Source of the DNA: Saprospiraceae bacterium
Lineage (GTDB): Bacteria > Bacteroidota > Bacteroidia > Chitinophagales > Saprospiraceae
Direction: 5' to 3'
Assembly: GCA_040397785.1 (NCBI GenBank)
Contig: JBBAVI010000011.1
Span: forward strand, 12,930-76,929
Length of the DNA stretch: 64,000 bases
Shown here one piece after another: positions 40,526 through 50,619 of the stretch (its first letter is position 1; each line of letters opens with the position of its first letter). Both the position numbers and the translations under genes were made by a program. Below the pieces are notes generated by a model. It ran no database searches. It was given only the letters and a program-made list of their open reading frames with translations, and was not told where the DNA came from.

Positions 40526-40614
40526 TGTGGCCTGAAAAGCAACCCTTTAGGTAATTGGGCTGACTTTCTTTGCGTTCGTGAAATGAAATTGATGTAAAAA
40601 AGGCTTACCTTTAG

Positions 40615-40667
40615 AGCATGTTTAAATCTTGAAAATTATGATGTTTTAAAATTTAAACATGCTTTTT
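40615..40667 (+). terminator. Terminator-like long hairpin after rfbA
   Basis: A perfect 13-bp AT-rich stem (agcatgtttaaat / atttaaacatgct) with a 23-nt loop is followed by TTTTT. Confidence 0.55.
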
Positions 40668-40711
40668 AGGTAATTCAACCTATTTTAGTATTTCTTCGGA
40701 ATGTAAACTTA

Positions 40712-41488
40712 ATGCCGCAAAAAATTATGCAGCGTCCAACTACCCTTCACAAGCCTGGTTCTAATCCTGCGCAGCGCGCCTTGATGAGCGATGCTACCTT
40801 GCGTAAGGAATTGCGTCGCGTGCGCGCTACCCGACGGTCTGCACCCCGCGAAAATTCCAAGGGTCTTCATCTTTGGTTGATTGGTATTTGTCTGTTCGCA
40901 TTGAGCGGATTATTCTATCGTTTTTGGCCGCATCAAGACCTGCCTGTCATGGCGGTTGTTGAAAAAGAACAAGCGCCGGTAGACCGTGCAAATTTTGCCG
41001 CAGCTGCCGCGCCACGCTTGGCCCCACCCAGCAATACGACCAGTCCCACGTTGACAGTGCAGGCCAAGCCTAAAGTAGTAGAAATTACACCTTGCCCAAC
41101 AGAAGAACCCCTTCCGATGGCTTATGAGCCCAATATTTACCTGGAGCAGTTGGCTGGTAATATGAATTGCAGCTCAGGTGTTATCCAAACGGTTTCACCC
41201 GCACCCGACACTTTTTACGCAGTACGCAATTGTGTAGTTCAAATTCCATTCGAAGGAACGGTTTGCGGCGCACAGGAATCGCTCAACTTGTCGGTATATT
41301 CTAACCAGCCGGAGCATTATAAACAAGATCGCCCCATTTTTGAGGAGCCCTTGTTGCTTGAAAAAACGGGTAAAAATCAGCGGTATGCCTTGAAGGCCAT
41401 ACTCAACTTGCCGCCTGGATTGTATTATTTTGTGATCGAAAATAAGGCGGAAAAAACGGTCGCAGTTGGCAAATTTAAAGTGGGCTAA
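40712..41488 (+). CDS. Hypothetical single-pass membrane protein
   Basis: 258 aa with a basic cytoplasmic N-terminus, one TM helix (LHLWLIGICLFALSGLFY) and a Cys-containing extracytoplasmic domain. No family recognised. A perfect 12-bp hairpin (41477-41515) overlaps its stop codon. Confidence 0.5.
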   Translation: MPQKIMQRPTTLHKPGSNPAQRALMSDATLRKELRRVRATRRSAPRENSKGLHLWLIGICLFALSGLFYRFWPHQDLPVMAVVEKEQAPVDRANFAAAAAPRLAPPSNTTSPTLTVQAKPKVVEITPCPTEEPLPMAYEPNIYLEQLAGNMNCSSGVIQTVSPAPDTFYAVRNCVVQIPFEGTVCGAQESLNLSVYSNQPEHYKQDRPIFEEPLLLEKTGKNQRYALKAILNLPPGLYYFVIENKAEKTVAVGKFKVG

Positions 41489-41515
41489 TCCCCTACTTTG
41501 GGTTTAGCCCACTTT

Positions 41516-41678
41516 GAGCCTGTAAAAATTTATATTTTTCGATAATATGACAGTCTTTTTTTGTCATACGTCGTTCCTTTTTTTCGCCGTAATTAGTCCC
41601 ATTACGTCTGCAAAAAGCGCCTAGTCTGACTAAAAAATCCTTGTCATATTAATCGAAAATACAATTTTTTACAGGCTC
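41516..41678. mobile_element. MITE-like element or large intergenic hairpin with ~38-bp imperfect terminal inverted repeats
   Basis: The left arm is gagcctgtaaaaatttatatttttcgataatatgaca. The reverse complement of the right arm is gagcctgtaaaaaattgtattttcgattaatatgaca. It has no coding capacity and lies between convergent genes. Confidence 0.45.
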
Positions 41679-41689
41679 TTAAAATGGTT

Positions 41690-43345
41690 TTATTTCTTCA
41701 AAATATCGGTAATCACTTTTCCGGTCGAACCATTGGGCTCCATAATACGCAGAATGGCCGCAAGGGTGGGCGCAATATCAGTGATGTTTACCGGATCAAA
41801 GTTTTCTCCAGGTTTTACTTTCCAGCCATACCACAACAACGGTACATGTGTATCATAGGCATACGATGATCCGTGGGTAGTGCCGCCCAATTTGAATAAT
41901 TGATCATCGGCATGCCACGCGGGGTCTAATTGGTAAATAATATCGCCCGAACGGCGCGGATGAATTCCCTGCCGGATTTCACTTGCAAACGGATAATCGG
42001 TTGGCAGCATCATCACTGCTTCACGGGTATATGCGTCATAAACACCCGGTTGGTGCCGCATAAAATCGATAATAACCTGCGCAATTTCATTCGGATCTTG
42101 ATCAAGGTCGGCCACCGCATTCCAGTTGAGGTAAATTTGCTGGTTTACAATTTCAATAATATAATCGCCATTGATGCCCAGCGCAAATCCGATGGATTGC
42201 TCTAGTTTTTCCTCCAATTTGCTTTCTTCAAAAACACCAGCCGGAATTTGAAGATCGCGCAGGTGGGCGGGTGTCTCCGCACCGCCGTGGTCGGCTGTAA
42301 GGAATACCAACACGTTGTTTTTGCCAAATTTTTTGTCTAAATATTCCAAAAAGTTGGAAATGTCCCGATCCAGGCGCAAAAACAAGTCTTCCGTTTCTTC
42401 TCCATGCACGCCAAACTGGTGCGCGCAATAATCAGAACTGGAAAAACTCAGACATAAAAAATCGGGTACCTCATCCATGCCCATTTCATTGTTATCGATG
42501 GCGGCCTGTGCAAATTCGAGGGTAAGGGTATTTCCAAAGGGGGTAAAACGCAAAACACCGTACCCTTCCGACCTTTTGATCGTCGAGAAATCATGTGGAA
42601 ATCCACTTTTGATGCTTTTGGAATAAGTAGCATCATCGTAACGGTCCCAGTTTTCAAAACTTTCGGTATAAGGCGTTGTGAGGAGTTTGTTCCAGGTTTG
42701 CTTCATGTACGATTCGGGCAAACGGCGGTCATTAAAATCTTGCACCCATTTTGGCAGGGAGGTATCCTTGGGCTGATAATAGGAAGACGTAATGAAGCAG
42801 CCCGAGGCATCATCAAACCAGAAAGCACCATTGGGAATATGGCCTGCTGGCAAAATACTCGCCCGATCCTTCAGGCAAACGCCGATGACTTTCGATTGGA
42901 AATTGTTGGAAAGCCGCAGCTCATCCGTAATGGTGGTAGACAACAAAACGCGGGGCGAATGTTGACCCACCGATTTTTTTACACTGCGCGGTACCGATAG
43001 TACGGTGGTATCGGTGGTGACATACCGGTGTTTTCCCCATTCCGGATCGTACCAATCGTTGGCTATAATGCCGGAAACTGCCGGTACTGCACCAGCGTAA
43101 ATGGCTGCATGGCCTGGCGCGGTGTAGGTAGGAACGAAATTGTAGTGGGTGTTTTCGCAGGAAAATCCTTCGCGTAACAAGCGGTTAAAACCACCTGAAC
43201 CTAATTTTGATTGATAGCGGTACAAGTAATCATAACGCATTTGATCAACAACAATGCCCACAATTAGCTTTGGCTTAACAGGAGCATTTTGAGCAAAAGC
43301 AGTAAAAAAACTGATCGAAAATAATAAAACAAGCGTTTTGCGCAT
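41690..43345 (-). CDS. Alkaline phosphatase / nucleotide pyrophosphatase superfamily enzyme (PafA-like)
   Basis: 551 aa with a signal peptide. Motifs are GIVVDQMRYDYL, TYTAPGHAAIYAG, LTADHGG and HGSSYAYDTHVP, which are typical metal-ligand regions. Confidence 0.8.
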   Translation of the reverse strand: MRKTLVLLFSISFFTAFAQNAPVKPKLIVGIVVDQMRYDYLYRYQSKLGSGGFNRLLREGFSCENTHYNFVPTYTAPGHAAIYAGAVPAVSGIIANDWYDPEWGKHRYVTTDTTVLSVPRSVKKSVGQHSPRVLLSTTITDELRLSNNFQSKVIGVCLKDRASILPAGHIPNGAFWFDDASGCFITSSYYQPKDTSLPKWVQDFNDRRLPESYMKQTWNKLLTTPYTESFENWDRYDDATYSKSIKSGFPHDFSTIKRSEGYGVLRFTPFGNTLTLEFAQAAIDNNEMGMDEVPDFLCLSFSSSDYCAHQFGVHGEETEDLFLRLDRDISNFLEYLDKKFGKNNVLVFLTADHGGAETPAHLRDLQIPAGVFEESKLEEKLEQSIGFALGINGDYIIEIVNQQIYLNWNAVADLDQDPNEIAQVIIDFMRHQPGVYDAYTREAVMMLPTDYPFASEIRQGIHPRRSGDIIYQLDPAWHADDQLFKLGGTTHGSSYAYDTHVPLLWYGWKVKPGENFDPVNITDIAPTLAAILRIMEPNGSTGKVITDILKK

Positions 43346-43373
43346 TTTTTACACGGTTTGGTGAATCAGATCC

Positions 43374-43381
43374 CAAAGGTA
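43374..43381 (-). promoter_or_regulatory. Candidate -7 promoter box TACCTTTG for the phosphatase gene
   Basis: TAnnTTTG match on the minus strand, 28 nt upstream of the ATG at 43345. Confidence 0.45.
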
Positions 43382-43547
43382 GAGAAAACGCAGTTTCCTG
43401 CTAACTTTGTGGCGGAATCAAACCGTTAAACACGAACTACCCAAGCGCCGCCTTTTTACATTAGAAGGCCGCTTTGGACGCACCTGGTAGTTTGTGCTTG
43501 GTTGTTTAAAAATAAACACCATTATTCACCTTATTACGAATTGTTTT

Positions 43548-44945
43548 ATGTCTCGTCCTGTACTTGAAACCGAACAGAAAGCGCTGGAAATTAATTTAGA
43601 TGAACCAATTTATGGCGCTTTTGCCGAAATAGGTGCTGGACAAGAAGTTGCACGCCATTTTTTTCAAGTAGGTGCGGCAGCGGGTACGATCGCCAAATCG
43701 ATGAGTGCTTACGATAAAATCGTTTCGGATGATATTTATGGCCCTGAACTGTTGGGGAAAGGCCGATATGTGTGCGAATCGCGCTTGTACAAGATGCTCG
43801 ATCACGAATATGGGCTGATGGAAACCCGATTGCGTACGCGCCAGCCCGATCGTACGTTTTTTGCCTTTGCCGATACGGTTGCTGCGATCAATTACACCAA
43901 AACCATCAAGGGGGATGGCTGGTTGGGACTTCGTTTTCAATTAAAACCAGATACGGCGCCAAACGATTTAATCCTGCATGTTCGTATGCTCGATCAGGAT
44001 AATCGGCTGCAGCAGCAAGCAGTTGGTATTTTGGGTGTAAACATGATTTATGGTTGTTACCGCCACCACCTTGATCCCGAAACCTTGATAAAATCGCTGA
44101 TGGACAACCTGCGTGGCCGGGTCATGATTGATATGGTTCGAATTGTTGGTCCCGATTTTCAGTGGGTGGATAACCGTTTGATTTGTTTGTGGATGGTTAA
44201 AAATGAACTGAGCAATGTGGCCATTTTTGGTCCGGATGGCAACAGTATGCATGCGGGCGAATTTTTATACAAAAAATCCATTCTCATTGCACGGGGGAGT
44301 TATAGGCCACCAACTTTGGTGCAGGAAGATATGATTCGGCATTCCTTTGAGCAGTTTCGGTCCGAACCGGACGAAGATCCTGAAAACACCCATTTTTTAA
44401 CAGAAATTACCTTGGATAACCTGATGTCCGATGGCAATTTGGACGAGCGTGATTTTATGGATCGTGCCCAATTGTTGTGCGGCTTGCATCAAACGGTGAT
44501 TGTTTCAAATTGTGTGCAGCATAAAAAACTGATCAGTTATTTTTCCGATTATAAAGTGAAGCGTATCGGGTTGGCTTTGGGCGTACGCAAACTAAAAAGC
44601 ATCATTACCGAAACCTGGCAATCGAATACCGGCCACATCCTGGGGGCGTTTGGCGAACTTTTCATTCAAAATGTGCGTTTTTATATTTATCCGGCACGCG
44701 ATGAAGCCACTGGGAATTTGATTACCAGTCGAAACATTGAAATACCTGCTGAAATTCGATTTTTGTACGAACATCTGCTCGAAAATCGGAACATTGTTGA
44801 TATTTCGACCTTCAATCCAGACATTCTTTTGATTTACCACAAAGCCGTGTTGGATATGATACAGCAGGGTGTTGCTGGCTGGGAGCAATTTGTGCCTGCT
44901 CCGGTGGCGCGTTTGATCAAAGCAAAACGTTTATTCATTCGATAA
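43548..44945 (+). CDS. Conserved-looking cytoplasmic protein of unknown function
   Basis: 465 aa from the internal ATG (MSRPVLETEQKALEI...IYGAFAEIGAGQEVARHFFQVGAAAGTIAKSMSAYDK). No TM helix or signal peptide, and I cannot place the family. Confidence 0.6.
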   Translation: MSRPVLETEQKALEINLDEPIYGAFAEIGAGQEVARHFFQVGAAAGTIAKSMSAYDKIVSDDIYGPELLGKGRYVCESRLYKMLDHEYGLMETRLRTRQPDRTFFAFADTVAAINYTKTIKGDGWLGLRFQLKPDTAPNDLILHVRMLDQDNRLQQQAVGILGVNMIYGCYRHHLDPETLIKSLMDNLRGRVMIDMVRIVGPDFQWVDNRLICLWMVKNELSNVAIFGPDGNSMHAGEFLYKKSILIARGSYRPPTLVQEDMIRHSFEQFRSEPDEDPENTHFLTEITLDNLMSDGNLDERDFMDRAQLLCGLHQTVIVSNCVQHKKLISYFSDYKVKRIGLALGVRKLKSIITETWQSNTGHILGAFGELFIQNVRFYIYPARDEATGNLITSRNIEIPAEIRFLYEHLLENRNIVDISTFNPDILLIYHKAVLDMIQQGVAGWEQFVPAPVARLIKAKRLFIR

Positions 44946-44981
44946 GCGTACATTTATACATTCATTCAATTCAAGGAGCGC

Positions 44982-45428
44982 ATGAGCTTAGAAGCAAAAA
45001 TTAATGAGGATTTGAAAACGGCGATGAAAGCCAAAGACGAGGTCGCTTTGCGGGGTATCCGTGCCATAAAAAGTGCCATTATCTTGGTTAAAACAGATGG
45101 CTCGGGACAAGAAGTAGACGAAGCCCGGGAGGTTCAGATTTTGCAAAAATTGGTCAAGAGCAGACAGGAATCCTTAGAGATTTACTTGAAAAATGACCGG
45201 GAAGCCTTAGCCGTCATTGAGCAGGAAGAAATTGACGTGATTAAAAAATATTTGCCTGCGATGTTGGTAGGTGCTGAATTAGAGGCAATTATCCAAAAAA
45301 TTGTAGATGAAGCAGGTGCTACTTCTGCCAAAGATATGGGCAAAGTAATGGGTGCGGCCAATAAAGCCCTGGCTGGTAAAGCCGAAGGGCGCGCTATTTC
45401 TGAAATTGTGAAACGTTTGCTGTCTTAA
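44982..45428 (+). CDS. GatB/YqeY domain protein
   Basis: 148 aa: INEDLKTAMKAKDEVALRGIRAIKSAI...KDMGKVMGAANKALAGKAEGRAISEIVKRLL. Confidence 0.85.
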   Translation: MSLEAKINEDLKTAMKAKDEVALRGIRAIKSAIILVKTDGSGQEVDEAREVQILQKLVKSRQESLEIYLKNDREALAVIEQEEIDVIKKYLPAMLVGAELEAIIQKIVDEAGATSAKDMGKVMGAANKALAGKAEGRAISEIVKRLLS

Positions 45429-45443
45429 TTGACCAACCTGAAT

Positions 45444-46184
45444 ATGATATTAAGAGCTGAAAATTTAGTGCGTCGATATGGCAAACGTGTTGTTGTACGC
45501 GGAGTGTCTTTCGACGTTAAACAAGGCGAAATCGTGGGTTTGCTGGGGCCAAATGGCGCTGGCAAAACCACGTCATTTTATATGGTGGTTGGCTTTATTA
45601 AGCCCACGGAAGGCAAGGTTTTTTTGAATGAGGTCGAAATTACAGACTTGCCCATGTATAAACGCGCCCAAAATGGCATCGGGTATTTGCCACAAGAGCC
45701 GAGTGTTTTTCGGAAACTTACGGTGGAGGACAACATTCGGGCTGTTTTGGAAATGACGAAGTTGAACAAGGCGGCCCAAGACGAACAATTAGAGATATTG
45801 CTCGACGAATTTAACCTGCATAAAGTACGCAAAAGCAATGGCGATACTTTATCAGGTGGTGAACGTCGGCGGACAGAGATCGCGCGGGCGCTTGCGAGTG
45901 ATCCTAAATTTATTTTGCTCGACGAACCTTTTGCCGGTATTGATCCAATCGCCGTAGAAGATATTCAATACATCGTGGCCAAACTTAAAACCCGCAATAT
46001 TGGTATTTTAATTACCGATCACAATGTGCAGGAAACCCTAAGTATCACCGACCGCGCTTATTTGATGTTTGAAGGCGCTATTTTGAAAGCAGGTACGGCT
46101 GAAGAATTGGCGGCTGATGAAATGGTACGCAAAGTATATTTGGGTAAAAACTTCGAATTGCGCAGAAAAGTAATGGATATTTAG
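45444..46184 (+). CDS. lptB: LPS export ABC transporter ATP-binding protein
   Basis: Walker [10 protein letters not shown], signature LSGGERRR, Walker [10 protein letters not shown] and an LptB-like C-terminal extension. The start is taken at the ATG (MILRAENL). Confidence 0.85.
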   Translation: MILRAENLVRRYGKRVVVRGVSFDVKQGEIVGLLGPNGAGKTTSFYMVVGFIKPTEGKVFLNEVEITDLPMYKRAQNGIGYLPQEPSVFRKLTVEDNIRAVLEMTKLNKAAQDEQLEILLDEFNLHKVRKSNGDTLSGGERRRTEIARALASDPKFILLDEPFAGIDPIAVEDIQYIVAKLKTRNIGILITDHNVQETLSITDRAYLMFEGAILKAGTAEELAADEMVRKVYLGKNFELRRKVMDI

Positions 46185-46229
46185 CGTAGCATTTTCTGTA
46201 AATGCGGCATAAAAGCTCGAATTTGCAGC

Positions 46230-48518
46230 ATGAAAACGGGGAAAATATTTTTACTATCCTTCCTTTTTTGTTGCTCGGCACCCTTCTTGTGCGCGCAAAG
46301 TAACGAAGGCAACCATTTTTGGTTCGGATTTATGCAACACCACGATGTTGGCGAAAATTCGATGGTGGTGATGATTACCTCTAAGTATAACACCAGTGGG
46401 GTGGTGCGGATTCCATTGCACGCTTGGGAGGTCAGTTTTACCGTAAACGCCAATTCGGTAACCATTCTGCCGCTTCCTTCTTATGTGGAAAATTTGAATT
46501 CCGAAATCATTGATGATAATGGCGTGGAGGTGCTTTCCAATGCCCCTGTTTCGGTGTACATCCACCAGTATTATAAAAGTCGATCAGAAGCAACCCTGGT
46601 TTTGCCCATTTCCTCCTTGGGACAGGAATATTACATGATGAGTTACACCGGAAACCAGCAAGGTGCGGTGTACCCATCCGAATTTTTATTGTTGGGGATG
46701 GAGGATTCTACCAATATATCCATTACCCTGAGCGATGAGACGGAAAGTGGTAGACCTGCGGGCACCACCTATCAGATACAATTGCAAACCGGTGAAAGTT
46801 ACCTTGTGCAGGCCAAACAAGGCGCCGGTGATCTTACGGGAACCTATGTGAAAGGCGATAAAAAATTTAATGCACTTTCGGGTTCTGTGTGGACCGGCGT
46901 ACCCGTTAATTGCAGTTTCAGGGATAATTTGTTGGAGCAAATGTACCCGGTTCCTACTTGGGGCAAACAATTTGTAAGCGCCCCTTTTGCCCACATGCCC
47001 TACGATATTTTCAGGGTATTGGCCGCCGAGGATAGCACCATCGTAACAGTACAAGGTTCGGGAGTCCCGGTGCAATACAGCCTAAACAAAGGAGCATATG
47101 TGGAGTACCAGCGATCGGAACCCACCAAAATTACAGCAAATCACCCGATTGCCGTGGCACAATACCTGATTGGCAGCGCTTGTAGCGGGTACCCCGTTGG
47201 GGATCCTTCCATGATATTACTCAACAGTATTTCACAAATTCGAGATACTGTTACACTATATAATTCGTCGTTTGAGGAGATTGTAGAAAACTATATCAGC
47301 CTGATTGCCAAAACCGAAGACGTAAGTGCGATTTATTTAGATGGACAATTATTGAGTAATTTTAATGCGATCGTTCAGCCTGTTGGTGCGGATTCCAACT
47401 TTTCAGTTGTTACAATAGCGGTACAAGTCGGGCCGCATACCATTATTTCACAAGGGTGTGGGATAATCGCTTCCGCTTATGGGTACGGCTATCTGGAATC
47501 ATATGCTTACGGTGGCGGTGCAAATTTTAGCCGCATGGATGCCAATAACCTGATCCCGGAAGGCGGCTGTTTGACCGATTCGATTCTTTTTCAGACGGAT
47601 TTACAAATACCGCGTTTTAGTTTTAAATGGGATTTGGGCGATGGCACCAGCAGCGAGGCAGCAAGTTTTTATCATAAATATTCGGCAACGGGTATGTACA
47701 AGGTGCAATTATTCCGCACGGATCTATGCCTGAATACCACTGATACACTTGTCTATCCGGTTCAGATTACTTTGCGCCAGGCGGCAGTGGTACCGGAAGA
47801 TTCGGAAGTATGCGCTGGTGCAACCATTTCGTTGCGCGCCGACGATATTGCCGGCGCTACTTACCGCTGGAAAGGTCCCAATCAGTTTGTTGCATTTGAG
47901 CAAAATCCGGATTTACTTGCGGCCACCGTGGCGATGACTGGGCAATATGCCGTAGTTGGAACGGTAAATGGCTGTGAAAGTTATCCGGCTTATGCGCAGG
48001 TGCTCGTTCATCCGTTGCCCGAACCAGCCCTTGGAAGCGACACGTTTGTTTGTCCTGAGGAAAATATGCCGTTGACAGTACTGGATCCAGGCACATTTGA
48101 ACAATATCAATGGCAGGATCAATCGCGAAGCGCCACGTACACTGTTATAGAACCTGGTTTTTATGCGGTGCTGGTAAAAGATGAATATGATTGTTGGGGG
48201 AGCGACACCATCCGGGTTTCGACCATTTGCCCAACGAAATACTATATCCCGAATATATTTAGCCCGAATGATGACGGGATTAATGATTATTTTGAAGTAT
48301 TGGGTTCTGATATTCGAAGTTTAAACCTGCGTGTTTTTGATCGTTGGGGTAGTTTGGTGTTTGAAGGAACCCAGGCAACGGCGCGTTGGGATGGTAGTTA
48401 TCGTGGTAAGCCGCTAACGCCTGGCGTATACCCGTGGGTTGCCCAGATTGGTGCCTACAACAGCGATGGCAGCACCTATGAAGTGGAGGCACACGGCACG
48501 ATAACGTTGGTTAAGTAA
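46230..48518 (+). CDS. Large secreted adhesin-like protein with T9SS type-B (gliding-motility-associated) C-terminal domain
   Basis: 762 aa with a signal peptide and a PKD-like segment (FKWDLGDGTSS). The C-terminus is YYIPNIFSPNDDGINDYFEV...RVFDRWGSLVF...WDGSYRGKPLTPGVYPW. Confidence 0.8.
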   Translation: MKTGKIFLLSFLFCCSAPFLCAQSNEGNHFWFGFMQHHDVGENSMVVMITSKYNTSGVVRIPLHAWEVSFTVNANSVTILPLPSYVENLNSEIIDDNGVEVLSNAPVSVYIHQYYKSRSEATLVLPISSLGQEYYMMSYTGNQQGAVYPSEFLLLGMEDSTNISITLSDETESGRPAGTTYQIQLQTGESYLVQAKQGAGDLTGTYVKGDKKFNALSGSVWTGVPVNCSFRDNLLEQMYPVPTWGKQFVSAPFAHMPYDIFRVLAAEDSTIVTVQGSGVPVQYSLNKGAYVEYQRSEPTKITANHPIAVAQYLIGSACSGYPVGDPSMILLNSISQIRDTVTLYNSSFEEIVENYISLIAKTEDVSAIYLDGQLLSNFNAIVQPVGADSNFSVVTIAVQVGPHTIISQGCGIIASAYGYGYLESYAYGGGANFSRMDANNLIPEGGCLTDSILFQTDLQIPRFSFKWDLGDGTSSEAASFYHKYSATGMYKVQLFRTDLCLNTTDTLVYPVQITLRQAAVVPEDSEVCAGATISLRADDIAGATYRWKGPNQFVAFEQNPDLLAATVAMTGQYAVVGTVNGCESYPAYAQVLVHPLPEPALGSDTFVCPEENMPLTVLDPGTFEQYQWQDQSRSATYTVIEPGFYAVLVKDEYDCWGSDTIRVSTICPTKYYIPNIFSPNDDGINDYFEVLGSDIRSLNLRVFDRWGSLVFEGTQATARWDGSYRGKPLTPGVYPWVAQIGAYNSDGSTYEVEAHGTITLVK

Positions 48519-48526
48519 CACAGACC

Positions 48527-49756
48527 TTACTCCCGACGAATGGCTTCTACTGGGTCCAGTTTAGCCGCCTTCATGGCCGGGTAGGTACCAAAGATGATTC
48601 CAATTAAAATGGCAATCAGGGTAATGATCCCAAAGGTGTTCCAGGTGTACACGGCCGTAAAGGGAAGTTTGACAAAGAGGCGTATTATTGGAATAATGAT
48701 CATGGTGGCTAAAATGCCGCCAATGAGGCCCAAACCGCTCCCAAAAGCAGAAATTGCGAGCGATTCGGAGAGAAACAGATTCCGAATATCCGATTTTTTA
48801 GCACCTAAAGCTTTGCGTAATCCTACCTCAACGGTGCGTTCGGTAACCGAAATGAGCAGCACATTCATCACACCGACCCCGCCTACCAACACAGAAATGC
48901 CCACAATAAAGCCCATAATAATACGGAACAATAAAAAACCATCGGCGGCTTGATCGACCCGCACGTCATTCGATAAAACCCTGAAATCTTGGTGGGCTGC
49001 TCCATAGCGTTTTTGAAGCCATGTTTCCGTTTGCGTTTTTAACACAGGTACATTTTCTACTTGATTGGCCTCTAAAATGCAGGCAGGCGGTGCAGCCCGC
49101 AGTTCATTGGCATGGAGGATGGAGATGGGGATAAATGCCATGGGCGGCTGGTCGGCTTTAGGCCTTAAGGTTGCCACAATTTGAACAGAATGGTTGCCGA
49201 ATCGGAAAAATTTGCCAACCACTGCTCCGGTAGAATCGATTAATTTGGCCAGGGTGTGGTTTACCACTGCCACTGGTTGTTGCTGTTCGATCGCTGAATT
49301 TGAAAAAGCAGCACCTGAAACGACGATCGAGTCGGGGCAATCTAAAGTGGAGACCGCTTGTAATATGGCAGCAACCGGTTCGGGTTGGTGTTCGAAATAC
49401 AATTGCCGGTTAAACTCCGTGTTCAGGTTGGACTTTCCTGCGTCGCCCGAATGTGCGTTGGTTTCGCGCAAGAGTTGTCGGAAATCCGCGTAGTCGATTA
49501 CCTGAAAGCTGTCTTTTTTTATGGATAGGTTGTTTACCGATTTTTGCGTTAGGGTTTCTACCATAACCGCCCGCAAATTGGTTGTATCAGAAATTTGGTC
49601 GCGCACGTATTTTTCCAATCCATCAATCAGCGAAAGGATGGATACCAGGGCTGCTACGCCAATTACGATCCCTAGTACGGATAAAAACGTATGGAAAAGG
49701 TTGGTTCGGATGTTTTCGAGGGCGTACAGAAACGACGACAGGAAGCGCTTGATCAT
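48527..49756 (-). CDS. ABC transporter permease, FtsX/MacB type (no adjacent ATPase)
   Basis: 409 aa with an N-terminal TM helix, a large periplasmic domain and a C-terminal FtsX-like 3-TM bundle (GIRKALGAKKSDI). Confidence 0.8.
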   Translation of the reverse strand: MIKRFLSSFLYALENIRTNLFHTFLSVLGIVIGVAALVSILSLIDGLEKYVRDQISDTTNLRAVMVETLTQKSVNNLSIKKDSFQVIDYADFRQLLRETNAHSGDAGKSNLNTEFNRQLYFEHQPEPVAAILQAVSTLDCPDSIVVSGAAFSNSAIEQQQPVAVVNHTLAKLIDSTGAVVGKFFRFGNHSVQIVATLRPKADQPPMAFIPISILHANELRAAPPACILEANQVENVPVLKTQTETWLQKRYGAAHQDFRVLSNDVRVDQAADGFLLFRIIMGFIVGISVLVGGVGVMNVLLISVTERTVEVGLRKALGAKKSDIRNLFLSESLAISAFGSGLGLIGGILATMIIIPIIRLFVKLPFTAVYTWNTFGIITLIAILIGIIFGTYPAMKAAKLDPVEAIRRE

Positions 49757-49915
49757 AGGGTAGTGCGATATTTAGTAAGGCAAATAAGCGGATACACCTT
49801 GCTTTTTCGACTTTTTTTCGACTATAACCTATTGTCATCCGATGAGTGCACTAGAACAGTACTAAAGCGGGTGCAACAATCCGAATCGTTGCACCCGATC
49901 TCTCAAGATGGAGGA

Positions 49916-50494
49916 TTAAATTGCTTGCCGGCCCAAATCAGCCACTTTTTTGAGCCATTGCTCCCTTTTTGCAGCTGTTGAAAACCGCAACCGATCGAAC
50001 GTGGTGACTTTTACAGGCTTAATTCCACAATATTGCAGGGTGGCCACTTTGACCGATTTGATATTGGCATTGCCGTACATAAGCCAATTGTAGATCGCAG
50101 GGGAGTCCATCGTAAGCAGGATGCGCGCACTTTTGCCGCTAAGATACTTGTCCCACCAAGGTGAATTCGGCCGGTATTTGAAGGCAAAACCCGGTAAGAA
50201 AGTACGGTCAAAGAACCCTTTTAGCAAGGCGGGTATACTTCCCCACCAACTTGGGTAAACGACGACAAGGTGTTCGGCCCAGACAATATCTTGTTGTGCC
50301 TGCACCAAATCGGGCTCAAGTTCCTGGGTTTGTGCATAACCCGTGCGCAAAACGGGGTCAAATTGCAGAGTACCTAACTTTAGCAGGCGCACTTCATGTC
50401 CACCAGCACGGGCACCTTCGGCATAACTTTCGGCGAGGGCATGGTTGAAGGAGGTATTGCTTGGGTGGCCCAAAAGGATCAAAATCTTTTTCAT
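49916..50494 (-). CDS. NAD(P)H-dependent quinone oxidoreductase, flavodoxin-like fold
   Basis: The start was moved to MKKILILLGHPSNTSFNHAL. It resembles Flavodoxin_2/NQO-type proteins (YPSWWGSIPALLKGFFDR). Confidence 0.8.
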   Translation of the reverse strand: MKKILILLGHPSNTSFNHALAESYAEGARAGGHEVRLLKLGTLQFDPVLRTGYAQTQELEPDLVQAQQDIVWAEHLVVVYPSWWGSIPALLKGFFDRTFLPGFAFKYRPNSPWWDKYLSGKSARILLTMDSPAIYNWLMYGNANIKSVKVATLQYCGIKPVKVTTFDRLRFSTAAKREQWLKKVADLGRQAI

Positions 50495-50619
50495 GGTTGT
50501 TGTTTTTCTGTTTGTTACAAGGCGAAAGTATAAGGGGCTTTCTGCAAACAAAACCTGATTTCAATCAGTAGCAAGCATGATCTGGTGAACGGTCGCAAAT
50601 TCCGGTTGAGTTGTCGCAC

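Noticed and set aside
40545-40675. Short direct repeat ttaggtaatt flanking the rfbA terminator hairpin
   Set aside because: It is only 10 nt and could arise by chance. I see no target-site-duplication-like structure around a recognisable element.
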